The position numbers were made by a program, and so were the translations under genes. A stretch of 64,000 bases of DNA from Balanoglossus misakiensis (lineage: Eukaryota; Animalia; Hemichordata), in NCBI GenBank assembly GCA_040954595.2, contig CM082587.2:9491403-9555402 (forward strand), read 5' to 3'. Each line of letters opens with the position of its first letter. Positions within the stretch are counted from its first letter, which is position 1. Shown here in pieces: positions 12,793 to 25,164 of the stretch. A model generated the notes under the pieces. It was not told the origin of the DNA and made no database searches. It saw only the letters and a program-made list of their open reading frames with translations.

Positions 12793-12913
12793 ATATGGTA
12801 AGATCATATCTGCTCGCAATGTCACCTGTAATTTTTATTCTGGTGTATCCTTATTTCTGCGTAATCCTCAGATAGGACCACAGTGTCCTTGATGCTATTT
12901 TTTATGTTTTCAG

Positions 12914-13075
12914 TTCCTCAGGTCATACTCTGGGTGGAGGTGTAGCACTTACCGGTAGCAGAACATTAGCAGTACCAGCTGGTGAAATAAGTATTAATGC
13001 CATCACAGTCAATCAGTCTGGTACCACGCTCTATTCTGCTGCAGGCAGTACTGTCAGATTCTGGGACCTGAGAAG
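12914..13075 (+). CDS. KIF21: KIF21-like exon (WD40)
   Basis: cag|...AG|gtaag; SSGHTLGG...SRTLAVPAGEISINAITVNQSGTTLYSAAGSTVRFWDLR. Confidence 0.93.
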
Positions 13076-13439
13076 GTAAGCATTCATTTACCTTGTACCC
13101 AGCCTTTTTAGCTCTACTATCATCCACCGTCCGGGTCTGGTGTCCATCTTTTTTTAACACTTGTCTTCATCTCTGAAGCCGATTTGTTGAAATTGTGGTG
13201 AGATTTGTATATATGTATCGTTTGATCAGGTTTTGCCTTTTTGAAACTAACCCACATGGTTTCATTCACAATTAACTTTATCAAATTGTATGCTTTAATT
13301 TAATTTGACAAAAATAACAAAGTTGATCAGTGTGTATAGGGATATTATTACTGTAAAAACATTTAATATCTTATTCATTTGGTGTCAATAACGTGCTTAT
13401 ATGGCACAGGAATGAAACTGTTATAATTTAATTTTGTAG

Positions 13440-13560
13440 TTTTCAGGCAATGGGAAAACTGGTAGGTGGACACAGTGCAGCAGTAATGGCATTAGCTGTA
13501 GAACGTGGTAATCATGACATGGATGTTGTAATCACAGGCTCTAAGGACCATTACATCAAG
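13440..13560 (+). CDS. KIF21: KIF21-like exon (WD40)
   Basis: tgtag|...AAG|gtaat; FQAMGKLVGGHSAAVMALAV...VVITGSKDHYIK. Confidence 0.93.
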
Positions 13561-14032
13561 GTAATATTTTTATCTCCAGTGCAGAGCTTTGGGATGGTAG
13601 CTGTATTGTCATGCAATCAGTATAAAATTCAGGTGAACCAGGTGTAGGAACAATGCTTTCTGTCAATGGTCTGACGTAATTTCCCACCCAGAATAAATTA
13701 ACTTATAATGGATTTCATTCATTCATAACTCAACTACGTCATTATGTTCACTATGTATGACATAAACTACACACTGATACACTTACTGAAGTTAGCGACG
13801 TTTTTCTGTACCCTCTGCCAACAGTATTGCTGACACAGCGTTCTAAGTGTTAGCTCTCATTTGGTATATTTACACACATGTGTACTAGTGGCAGGTCAGT
13901 GAGTGATGTCTCTTTCTGTCTGTCTCAGGGCTGATTGAATTAAGTTGCTTGTCATATTTGTGTTTGTATCGATTTCTCTAAAAGTGCTTTGCAGATTGCT
14001 GTGACACTGGATAGGCATGCTCTAAGTTTATA

Positions 14033-14894
14033 TTTAGCTCTGCTGTCACTTGTGTCAGCCGAGCTGTAGCGGTAGGTTGATAAGTGTCCATCCGTCGTCC
14101 GTCAACTTTTGGTGTTTCAATCTTCTTCTTTAAAACTACTTTGCAGATTTAGCTGAAATTTGGTTGGAATGTGTGTTATGGTGCCCTTACCTGATTTTGT
14201 TAATTTGGATTTGATGGGGTCATGAATATGCAAATTAGATCTAAAAATAAAAGTTTTGGTAAAAATCTTCTTCTCCACAACTACATGTACGATGGAGCTG
14301 AAATTTGGTAAGAATGTGTGTTATGGTGCCCCTTCCTGATTTTGTTAATTTGGATATGATGGGGTCATAAATATGCAAATTAGATCTAAAAATAGAATTT
14401 TTGGTAAAAAATCTTCTTCTCCCTAACTACATGTACGATGGAGCTGAAATTTGGTAGGAATGTGTGTTATGGTGTCCTTACCTGATTTTGTTAATTTGGA
14501 TTTGATCGGGTCTTGAATATGCAAATTAGATCTAAAAATATAATTTTTGGTCAAAAATCTTCTTCTCCATAACTACATGTACGATGGAGCTGAAATTTGG
14601 TAGGAATGTGTGTTATGGTGCCCCTACCTGATTTTGTTAATTTGGATATGATGGGGTCATAAATATGCAAATTAGAACCTTGGTGCTTCCTTTTGATGTT
14701 GTTCTTAGGATTCAATTCTTTCTTTCTTTAGCACAATGAATCAAGCTGTATTTGGATAAATACTTATGATGTCTATGTTTGGTTTTGTTCAATAGAATAC
14801 GATTGTTATGAATTAAACCCTATGGTATTCATATCATCGCCCAGGTTACACTGTTAAAGTCAGCAGAGCTCTTTTGACCGATAGGTCACTTGTT
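14033..14894 (+). mobile_element. Helentron-type non-autonomous element with an internal ~146-bp tandem repeat (~3.6 units)
   Basis: 5' tttAGCTCTGCTG and 3' CAGCAGAGCT + GACC..GGTC hairpin; repeat units start near 14150, 14295, 14441 and 14587. Confidence 0.7.
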
Positions 14895-15032
14895 GTTTTA
14901 CCTATTTATGTGTAATCCCCAAATGGGATCAAAGTGTCCTTGACGCTATGTTTTTCATAATATGCCTAATGCATGTATATCTTATTATATGAAATGGTGT
15001 ATTTATATTTTGTATGTTACCGATGTTGCTAG

Positions 15033-15203
15033 GTATTTGAAGTGCCCGAAGAAGCCGGGGGTGTTGTAAGTGCAAAAGCAAAACTGGAACCACCTCATTA
15101 TGATGGTATACAGAGTCTTGCTGTAAGTGGTACAGTCCTGTTCAGTGGATCCCGGGATATGTGCATTAAAAAATGGAATCTCAACAGTCAAACACCAGTA
15201 AAG
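15033..15203 (+). CDS. KIF21: KIF21-like exon (WD40)
   Basis: ctag|...AAG|gtagg; VFEV...[33 protein letters not shown] (EPPHYDGI is characteristic of KIF21). Confidence 0.95.
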
Positions 15204-15329
15204 GTAGGAATTGCTTGGTAATCCAGCAAAATCGAACATTTTAAATAATCAGTCATAATCTTTATTTCTTATGTGGGGTTCACACAGGGACTTTTAAGAT
15301 GTTTCTGAAATGTCTCAGGTGGTCCTTAA

Positions 15330-16545
15330 AGGGGCAATTTTCAATCCCTGGTTCTCGCATTAGTAGGTGCTCCTCCTAGTCATACATTCAGATACACACA
15401 CAAATCGCAGCAGTTTACCACCTTAGCTAATCCTATAAACAGATCGTCAATTTGTGCTACCGGTAGTAGGCCTATAGCCAGATAAACGAGAACGATCGTC
15501 CAGCCCAGCTACATATGAGCACTGTTGTTACAGAGAGCTCGATCGCTCTGACGGCTTCGGCGCTCGATTCGGGACTGTGTGTTATTTATATTGACTGTGC
15601 CTTCAACCGCGTGTGATTGGACTCGCCAATAGCAACACAGCCGTAACACGCGGCCGACCTGGCTAGCTTGTGACCGGGTACAATGTCTCTACCCAACTTG
15701 AGAAGGGTTCCGCTGCCCGAAATATACGTAGATCAAACTTTAGCCCGTCGGTCATCGGGTTTACTGATCGACAGAAATACACATAGAGAAATTTTGTAAC
15801 AAGGCGCAAAGTTGTGCGTTACTTCCATCTTTGTATCTTGCCCCGGTTACTGTATGTCGGACATCGGTGGGCATAATCACCGTGAATATAAAACAATTCT
15901 TTTTTTGGGAAGACGGGTCAAACTACTCTTTTCAGGCCCAAAGAATCTTTGGTCAGAGAATCCTGTGAAATTGTATGACAAATGTGTTTTTTTTTCGTGA
16001 TAGTAGTAGTTGAAAAGGTTTGCATTTTTACGTCGATTTGATCAACTCATGTATTATACAGCCATGACCTCGAAAAGTGAGCAGTCAATTGCACATCTAC
16101 GATCTCGTGAAAACACATTCCAGTTTACAGAACGCAGATAAGGAGATGGCAGGGCAATTAGCAGTGTTTACTGCTTATAGAGAATCAACACAGATGGAGA
16201 TTACATATACATGCGTCCGATTAGCGACTCAGTTTACACAAGCATTTGATTGACAGCGCGTTTGAATTCTCAACGGCTGAAATTGTGAGCTTGACTCTCC
16301 ACCGTCGACGCCAAGAAATGCTGAAAATCGCCCCTGATTTGCGTCTTTCTGGGGAATTTACGCCATAAATTGGTAGGATACATATTCATGGTGGAATTTG
16401 TATGCATTGTGAAGGATTTTGCGGTCGAAAACTTCGGAAAATCATGCATTCTTGGGAGCGTGTGTCCGCGTGTTGCCTCCTTCAGAGTCAATTACACAAT
16501 GAACGCCGCCATTTGGCTACCCCTATTTATAGGGACGCTCCGCCT
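15330..16545. mobile_element. Kolobok-like non-autonomous element or composite
   Basis: TTAA flanks with AGG...CCT termini, although the TIR match is poor; a related interrupted copy lies at ~27013-27065 + 28580-28970. Confidence 0.55.
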
Positions 16546-17603
16546 TTAAACATTTCAGATTTGAGACAGCCTGCCAGTTAGACCGGAGCCAATGTTAGGA
16601 TTAACACCTCTCTGCAAGCCATTGTCTACTGGGCCAAGCCTCAGTGCCTGTACATAAACTTTGTTTGTGTGGACACAAGGTGACTCAAAGGATTAATGCT
16701 CTGTGTTACAGCATAGTCAAATAGTGTCTCAAATTTTCCCTGTCTGAACCAGGTATGATTATACCCAGTGTGAACCTGGTATTATATTAGCGCATGGCAT
16801 AATAAATTAAATAAATCTCATTGTACTTTACAATAATTAAGGCATAGATGCACATTCATTGGCGCTGGAAGTAAAAACATTGTTTTAATCTTTTAAAGCA
16901 ATATTGAAAATTACAAAGACAGTCTTGGCTTGATACTTTTAAAAAATTGGACTCTGGCACAAGGAGTAAGTACTCGAAAATGATTTAAATTAAGTGACAG
17001 ATGCATAAATGGTGTTGCTCTAAAAACTTTTTCAGGATTGACAATTTTGTACACAAATAACTTAAAACATTTTGGTAAACAAACATGCGTGGGGCTCAGG
17101 GGCACCAATTCCTTTGAATAAATATGGATGTGAGCTAAAGGGGGAAAATATGAAAAATTAAGCTGTAAAAATCTTCTCCAAATGACACTTGTAATTATTT
17201 AGTGATAATATAGTTTAGGGATTTGTCCAAGTTGTCTTCCTGCCAAATTTCAGGAAAAGTTTCTGAAGTATTCTTGATGTATTGTCCATGGATGTAATTA
17301 TTCAAATTAGCCTTAATTATACGAGTCACACCTACAATTACGTGTACATTGCATTTTGCAATAGGCAAATGAGAAAACTCAACTTCAGTATAAAATCCTA
17401 AAATGACACTTGCAACGATTCAATCGAAAATTCCTAATAGCATTCAGGAGGGATTGACCAAAGTCTTTATCCTACCAAATTTCAGCGTTTTCAAATGCTG
17501 GGTTTCTATGGTTCATGGCAAACGGCAACTACCAAATTTCAGCAAAAGTTACTGCAGCATTTTAAAACGCTGGATGTCTAGGGCATTCTCAATACTGCAT
17601 ACA

Positions 17604-19702
17604 TATGGAAAGCCACAGCTGTCTTAAGTCCATTGTTACCATTATACGCTGCCCATACATCATTATACGACGCTGATGCATCATTATACGCTGCTCGTAC
17701 ATCATTATACAATGCGCATACATTAGTATACAATGTGTATACAACATTATACATTGGTCGTACTTCATTATACGACGCTCATACATCATTATACGCTGCT
17801 CGTACATCATTATACAATGTGCATACATCATTATACGATGTGCATACAACATTATATGCTGGTCGTACATCGTTATACAACTCTCATACATCACTATACA
17901 ATGTGCGATCATTATACGCTGTGCATACATCATAATACGCTGCCCATACATCATTATACGACGCTTATACATCATTATACGCTGCCTGTGCATCATTATA
18001 CGCTGTTTGTGCATCTTTATACGCTGCTTGTGCATCTTTATACGCTGCTTGTGCATCGTTATACGCTGTGCATACATCATTATACGTCGCTCATTCACCA
18101 TGATAGTATGCCTGTTCAACATACGGCGCGCGTTCGGCTTTATACTATGCAGACATGTCATTATACTATGCTATTACTAACCGCAATTCCGTCAAAGAGG
18201 GCGTAACATACACATGACGATACTGAAGTAAGACTCGGATTCGGTTTCGGTCTCGGTCTCGGATTCGGATTCGGTTTCAGGAGACTGAAAGTAGTTAAGC
18301 ATTTTCGGGCGACCATCGCGGTTTGGCATCTGCAGTACGAGTATGAAAATAAGTTTTTATAACTCTGTAAAAATATGAATATATTTGATCAAACTCTCTC
18401 GACATGTTATGTATGATATCTTTGGCACCAAATCACTGTTTTTTCACATCGGAAATTGTTAAATACATATTTTATCATCGAAAAACGTACTTCGATGATA
18501 AAAAGATAATATTTTGTTATTTTCGGCTTGAATAAACATTTTTTTGGTGAGAAAAATGTCATCCATAACAAGTACAGATTAAATTAAAGCTGCAAGCAGC
18601 CTTTGCGGGGCACAAGCGGTTCCCATGGTAACCAGCATATGCCAAGGCTGTATCTGCTGTGGATACCAAGATATGGGAAAGTAAGTCAAAGGTCACCTGA
18701 GGTCACCCCATATTTGGGCTAAAATATTGGACCTCATACTAGTCTGGGTCCAACAAAAACCAGACCCTATTGGTTCGCCTATAATTAGGTATGCACATAA
18801 ATAATGAGTTAAGCACATGTCACAGGTGACCCAAAACGTTGGCTTTTCATTATGGCACCATACCTCCAAACGTCAAGGCTGTATCTGCTTTGGATACCGA
18901 GATATGCAAAAGTAGGTCAAAGGTCATCTGAGGTCAGCCAAAATTTGGGCGAAAATTGTGGCCCCATACTAATCCATGTCCAAAACCTTTAGCTCTATTA
19001 ATTCACCTGTAATTAGGTATGCGCATATTTAATGTGGTCAGCAGAGGTCAAGGGGTCCTGAAAAGTAGCAAAATATTTTGATCACATACAAATTCACCTG
19101 CATCAAAAACCAAACTTCTAGCCCTATAAGTTAGCCTGGAATTGGATATGCAGAAAAAAAAACGATGTGTCAAAAGTAGGTCAAAGGTCATTGCCAAAAT
19201 TACCAAAATATTTGGGGTAGGTCCTGGCAGGGAGAATACCCATGTGCACAAAAATCAGAACTCCGGTACATTTAGAACATGTAGTATAAGCTATATATGC
19301 ATACATCATGTATATGCAGGTTCTTAAAAAAGTAGGTCAAAGGTCATCACACGCCCTCTTTGACGGAATTGCGGTTAGTAATAGCATAGTATAATGACAT
19401 GTCTGCATAGTATAAAGCCAAACGCGCGTCGTATGTTGAACGGGCATAGTATCATGGTGAATGAGCGACGTATAATGATGTATGCACAGCGTATAATGAT
19501 GTATGCACATTGTATAAAGATGTATGAGCGTCGTATAATGATGTATGGGCAATGTATAATGATGTATTCACAGCGTATAACGATGCACAAGCAGCGTATA
19601 ATGATGTATACACATTGTATAAAGATGTATGAGCGTCGTATAATGATGTATGGGCATCATATAATGGTAACAATGGACTTAAGACAGCTGTGGCTTTCCA
19701 TA
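17604..19702. mobile_element. IS3EU-like fold-back element whose long TIRs contain a ~21-bp minisatellite
   Basis: Termini TATGGAAAGCC...GGCTTTCCATA; 6-bp TSD CATACA (17598-17603, 19703-19708); arms 17604-18204 and 19350-19702 are inverted copies. Confidence 0.8.
18581..19345 (-). mobile_element. Truncated Helentron-type element (family B) inside the IS3EU-like element
   Basis: Reverse complement of the family-B 3' end GCTGCTTGCAGCTTTAATTT at 18581; body similar to 32180-32850. Confidence 0.6.
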
Positions 19703-20065
19703 CATACACCATACAGCACACGCGGAGGGATCACATTAGTCCATTGGACCCATTTTTCAAAGGACAAAAAAATACAGAATGTCTATAACCTTGTACTACA
19801 CAAAACATTTTACAAAATCTTAACAGATTGACTTCTGCGAGAGTTATAGTCACGTAGAGTGCGACCTGTACTGCATCTTGTCAACATTTTGTCCAGTTAA
19901 GCTGTGCAAGACTGCATAGAATTTTCAAAGTGAATTGGATTCACTGAACAGGTTGAGAAGAATCAGCGTGATGTATAGTCACATCAGCTCAGACCAGCTC
20001 AGGCGTTAGTTTGTTTACTCGATTGCTGCAATACAATACATGGACGGGAAGTCAAAACAGGTTTT

Positions 20066-21186
20066 TAGGTCCCATTGGTATAGGCCTATATACCATGGGA
20101 CCTTATGGGATGGGTTGTGTCTGTATGTATGTATGTATGGATGTATGTATGGATGTATGGATGTATGTCTGTATGTCCGTCCACATCAAAAACTTGAAAA
20201 CCGCTGCGCGTATCACCTCAATATTTGGTGTGTAGGTGCAGGCAGGGCTGTAGATGGGAGTTTGTCCAAACGAAGTTGCCAGGCCCAAAAATATGCAAAT
20301 TAGCTGGAAAAATGCGAAATTGATCAAAACTCTGTAAGTCAACAACTACTGGTCAGATTGCTTTGAAAATTGGTATGCATGTACCTTATGTCAACCTCAC
20401 TATGACCTGTAAGTGTTGAGTTGATATCATGGATGTTTTGTTTTTTATGAATTTTTTAGTCTTTTCATTAAATTTATACCTTTACTTATACCTCTATGGT
20501 TAAGCTATGTCCACGTCTTATTGTGGAATTCTGGTCTGTGCAATAGTCCTGTACAGTGACTGTCTATTGGTCAGTGAGCACAATGGGGCCAAAATAAAAG
20601 GCAAATTTTTGGGCTCACCTGTAACACCTGCTTAACACATTAATTATGTGCATACCTAATTCCGGGCTAACTAATAGGGCTAGAGGTTTCGTTCTTGTGG
20701 GACATGGACCAGTATAGGGTCAAAATTTCTTGCCCAAATTTTGCATGACCTCAGGTGACCTTTGACCTACTTTCAGATATCTCGGCATCCAGAGCAGGTA
20801 CAGACTTGGCGTTTGGAGGGTTGGGACTAAAATTGAAAAGCCAAAATTGGGGGTCACCTGTGACACCTGCATATCTCATTAATTATGTGCATACCTAATT
20901 CCAGGCTAACCAATAGGGCTATAGGTTTGCTTTTTGTTGAACATGGACCAGTATAGGGTCAAAATTTCTTGCCCAAATTTTGCATAACCTCAGGTGACCT
21001 TTGACCTACTTTTGCATATCTTGGCATCCAGAGCAGATATGCTTATTGCTATGTTGCTATGTTGGCTTGGGCCCGATATTGCTGCTTGCAGATCTGCTTG
21101 CAATGTCACCTGTAATTTTTATTCTGGTGTGTCACTGTTTCCGCATAATCCTCAAATGGGACCACAGTGTCCTTGACGCTATTTTT
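20066..21186 (+). mobile_element. Helentron-type family A element carrying a family B segment
   Basis: Family A 5' and 3' ends; ~20480-21090 resembles 32100-32852. Confidence 0.65.
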
Positions 21187-21448
21187 CATGTAACTTATGT
21201 TTCATAACAAAAGAAACTACTTTGCACCTTGTCTTTCCAATTGTAGACTAAGCTTGCACACTAGTCCCTTTGTGATTTTTTGTATAAAGGTTCTCAATAC
21301 TGTTTGTGTGTTTGCTTGCATTGGGCATGTTTCTGGTACTGATCTGATTTTCGAATTTTGGGCTGAGCTTCTGGTTTCTGTTACCAAGCGACTATCGACC
21401 AATGCGATCCCATGACTTATGAGCTCACACTCGACACGTTTACTCCAC

Positions 21449-22480
21449 CATAGACAGTAGAGGGGGGAAGACAGACGCGTCTCTCCTGCAGAGAACAAAA
21501 GAAATCATGTGGTCGCGCTTTTTAACCTCTGTTGCTAACGGTTCAACACCTCGCCTCATTAACATAATCCCCTTATGGAGTGTAGCCTAGTTTGGAGACA
21601 CACTTGTGTGACGTGCACTGACAAAATTTACCGAAAATCGTACCATTTTTTAAATACATGTATGAAGAAAAAACATTACAGCGATCAAAGACTTTATATA
21701 TCAGGGAAGGCGAATATAAGTTTTTAATCGAATAGGATATTTTTCACTCGTCTTATTGTGCCTAGAAAAATGTGGTAAGCCAATGAATGGCAAATACGAT
21801 GTGTACAAAATTGGGGACCCGATTATACGGCCATATTGCCCCCCAAAAAGTTAGATTATATCAGTTTAGTCTGGTTTAGGTATTTAGAGTACATCGGTAT
21901 ACATGTAGTTGTCAACAAATCTTGTGGTCACTCACAAGTTTTTGCAGTGGAAGTGTGTAATGCATGTGTAAAATGGCTGTCGATTGTTTACGTTTTACAA
22001 TCATGTCCTTGCTAATTTGGGGACCCGATATTTGCGTCAAAACTTCAATAAATTGATCTGAATCGGTGTTTATGCCAATATTTGGAGTATAAAGAGGACA
22101 TCTAACCAAAAGTTTCCAAGGTGGGTTAACGAAGTATAAAACAGTGCCCTTTTCAAGCAGTGCGTCTGTAGTCTTCAGTACTGAAAACCGTGGCGTCCAT
22201 TTTGTAAACAATGTTGACCAGAAGTTTGCTGATTTGCATACTCAAATCACGCGATATGCGTGAAATAACGATATACTGAACCCAGTAGTTGAAATTTGCA
22301 TAATCGCGTCACGCGATACACGTGAAATACCGATATATTAAGTGAGATAGGAAACCCTAAAAGTCTGAACTTCCCAGACGTTAATCCAATTACCGGCGCC
22401 CGGATTAAAGGCTTACAACTGACGTTGCACAAAGGAATTGCCGCAGAGACGCGTCTGTCTTCCCCCCTCTACTGTCTATG
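21449..22480. mobile_element. P-like non-autonomous DNA transposon
   Basis: 36-bp TIR CATAGACAGTAGAGGGGGGAAGACAGACGCGTCTCT; 7-bp TSD ACTCCAC. Confidence 0.88.
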
Positions 22481-22919
22481 ACTCCACACATGCTATATAG
22501 AGAGATTCATACCAAAACTTTCTGAAATATATGTATTTATTGTGAAATTATGAAGCCCATAGACTTGATGAATGAAAAGTCACCAAGAATCGGTAATGAA
22601 TCATGCAAATGCCCATTAAATCTCCATCCTATTTTAAACTGAAGTAACACAGGTGAACACAAAATTTTAAAGACGCTGTGAAGAAATTGTTTACTAATAT
22701 GCCCATTTACAGTAATCCGAAATAGGGACCCGCATCATGGCACGTGAGAAACTGGCCATGGCTAAAGTTTTTTGATAAAGTCTGTAAAGGCAAGAAAGCT
22801 GACTGAGAATATTTAGTGGTAGATGCTCACCTTCAACCTTTAATAAAGGACATTTATTATGCACCTAATCTCAAATTGAGCTCTTGGCGTAAGGCTAAAA
22901 AAGAAATCTCTTTATAGGG

Positions 22920-23075
22920 ATGGGATTTCAAAAGGTCTGTTTTGAGAGTAGAACAAAAGGAGACCAAAAATTGTGTGTGATGGAGATTATCAGGTAGACT
23001 ATTCCAAGCCATAAGTCCTGTAATGGAAAAAGATCGTTCACCAAATTTTTTGGTGACAGCACCTTTTGCGTTATC
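22920..23075 (-). pseudogene. 3' fragment of an L2/CR1-type LINE ORF2
   Basis: KKFGERSFSITGLMAWNSLPDNL...SFCSTLKTDL matches the typical C-terminal GxRxF...WNxLP...FKxxLKT motif. Confidence 0.65.
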
Positions 23076-23202
23076 ACACCAAATACAAACTATGATTTTG
23101 CATGCTGTTTGTCTAGGCATGACATGAAATACTTTGTTTGCTCAGTAAGAAGAATTGACCATTCGTATTTATATAAATGTCCATGTTCCTGTCTTTTTGT
23201 AG

Positions 23203-23402
23203 TCAATCAACTCTGCCCATAAAGATTGGGTCTGTGCCCTGCAGTTACTACCAGAACGTGATTACCTACTGAGTGGATGCCGTGGTGGACTTGTTAAACT
23301 ATGGAGTGTCACTGATTGTCATTCAATGGGTGAAATCAAAGCTCACACCAGCCCTATCAATGCCATTGCCAGCAATTCAAATGTTATATTTACTGCATCA
23401 AG
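23203..23402 (+). CDS. KIF21: KIF21-like exon (WD40)
   Basis: tgtag|...AG|gtaag; [13 protein letters not shown]...[15 protein letters not shown]...[24 protein letters not shown]. Confidence 0.95.
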
Positions 23403-24561
23403 GTAAGTATGCTATCACACTTCTACTATGAGAATTTGCTCATGGGGACTGCGCCTTGGGTGAAGCTTGTTAGGTGCACAATTGGTGTTATCCATTTTTT
23501 CACATATCTTATTTTAGGCATACCAGAAAGGTTAGAAATGCAGTTTTGGGTCCCCTTTTGTGTATGTATATAGACCATGGGACCTTATGGAATCAGTTAT
23601 GGATGGATGTATGAATGGATGTATATGTCTGTATGTCCGTCCACATCAAAAACTTGAAAACTGCTGCACATATCACCTTGATATTTGGTGTGCAGATGCA
23701 GACAGGGCTGTAGATGGGAGTTTGTTCAAATCAAGTTGTCATTGCCAGAAATAGTGCCAACATACTATCGTTTCCATTTTTTGAAAATCCCCCCCCCCCC
23801 AAATCTATAAAAGAATGGGTGCGACTTATGATATAGCTGCGACTTCTAAAATGACTTAACGGTAGTGCTTTTGCTGCAATATTGGATTTCCCCAACATCT
23901 CATGAAAATTTTAAAAATCTTTTCCACAACTGCCAATGACCGAGTTGTGGGATTATCACCTTAGTGTATTTGTTCACCTAACTTTAATACATCTATTAAG
24001 TTTGAGAAGGGCGTTTTGATTGGTTATGTTAAAGGTTGGCCAAATTGGATTTTTTGAAATATGAGGAAAACTCCTCCATGACCAATTGGCTGTTTCAGAG
24101 GAAACTTCACACACAATATCTATTCAATGACAACTATAAAAGTTTGAGAATATGACTGCCTAGTGAGATTTTACTTTAACTTGTAATTTTGCACATATCA
24201 AGTAATCTACTGGGCCCAGGCAATCTTAATACTATAAACTTACAGGTTGTCCCAGATGTTCATTGCTGTGTACATACTAGATAACATTGAGAAAACTACA
24301 CAGAACTATAATGTGTATTTTGACATGACAGTAACCCTCTGATAAGAAAAGGGAGGAAATATTTGCGATTATACCCAACAATTTTCTACTGTTTGTGTTA
24401 ACCAGTAAGGCAAGAGTCTGCTTTTTTGGATTTGGAGCAGTATTGAACTATCCCACACTGTATCAATGCTATAAATATGACCTTTGCACACTGGGCCCCA
24501 CGTATGCTCCTTGAAGTGTATCTTTGCTTAACACACTGCTGTTATTTTTTGTTGTTTACAG

Positions 24562-24646
24562 TGATAGGACCATAAGCATTTGGCGACTGAATGCCAACTT
24601 GGAATCTACTGACAGAAGAGACAACCAGCACCCAGTTGCACAGTGA
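24562..24646 (+). CDS. KIF21: KIF21-like terminal coding exon
   Basis: acag|T GAT AGG ACC...; (S)DRTISIWRLNANLESTDRRDNQHPVAQ* completes the last WD40 repeat. Confidence 0.92.
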
Positions 24647-24881
24647 TAATGTTCATCATTCCAAGATATTTTGATCATGCCACAAGATTTTATGACGGTT
24701 GAAATGAATATTTATTCGATAATGTATTTGTTCATTAAATTTGGTCAAGATGATGCTATTCAAACTTAACCTCAACATTGTGAATTATGACAATGTTAGT
24801 TTTGTCTTAAAATATGAAGATTGGGGAACTTATTGATGTTTCATCCTATCCATTTATGTATAAGATTGCCTGTTATCATCC

Positions 24882-25161
24882 ATTATATTATACCAGTATA
24901 TTTGATTGTTCGAGACACGACACGTGACCGTGATATATTAGCCATATACCACAGTCACATATCATAGTCAAAGAAAATGCCTTTTTAAAATGTTTTATGC
25001 AAAGTTTCAATATACTGGCATAATATAATAGCAATAAAACACCCCCAGCCATGGTATACCACTCGATTTTGACCAGTTCAACTCCATATACGCACTCGCT
25101 ATCGCTCGTGTGTATATGTCGTAATCTTGTGGTATACCATGGCTGGGGGTGTTTTATTGCT
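24882..25161 (+). mobile_element. Small non-autonomous Crypton-like hairpin element in the KIF21 3' UTR
   Basis: IR 24882-24902 / 25009-25029 followed directly by hairpin 25030-25161 with central motif CTCGCTATCGCTCG. Confidence 0.6.
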
Positions 25162-25164
25162 TAA

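Larger units (their letters stand above)
6503..12903 (+). mobile_element. Helentron-type non-autonomous element (family A), split by several nested insertions
   Basis: 5' ttAGGTCCCATTT; 3' ...GGACCacagtgtccttgatgctattttt. The same ends occur at 20066/21186, 14920-14955, 55107-55138 and 60235-60263 (subterminal IR + short 3' hairpin + T run). Confidence 0.6.

Noticed and set aside
17589-18206. Long Met/Ile/His/Tyr-rich ORFs (190, 157 and 100 aa) and their counterparts at 19337-19831
   Set aside because: They are translations of the 21-bp minisatellite in the transposon arms and have no domain features.
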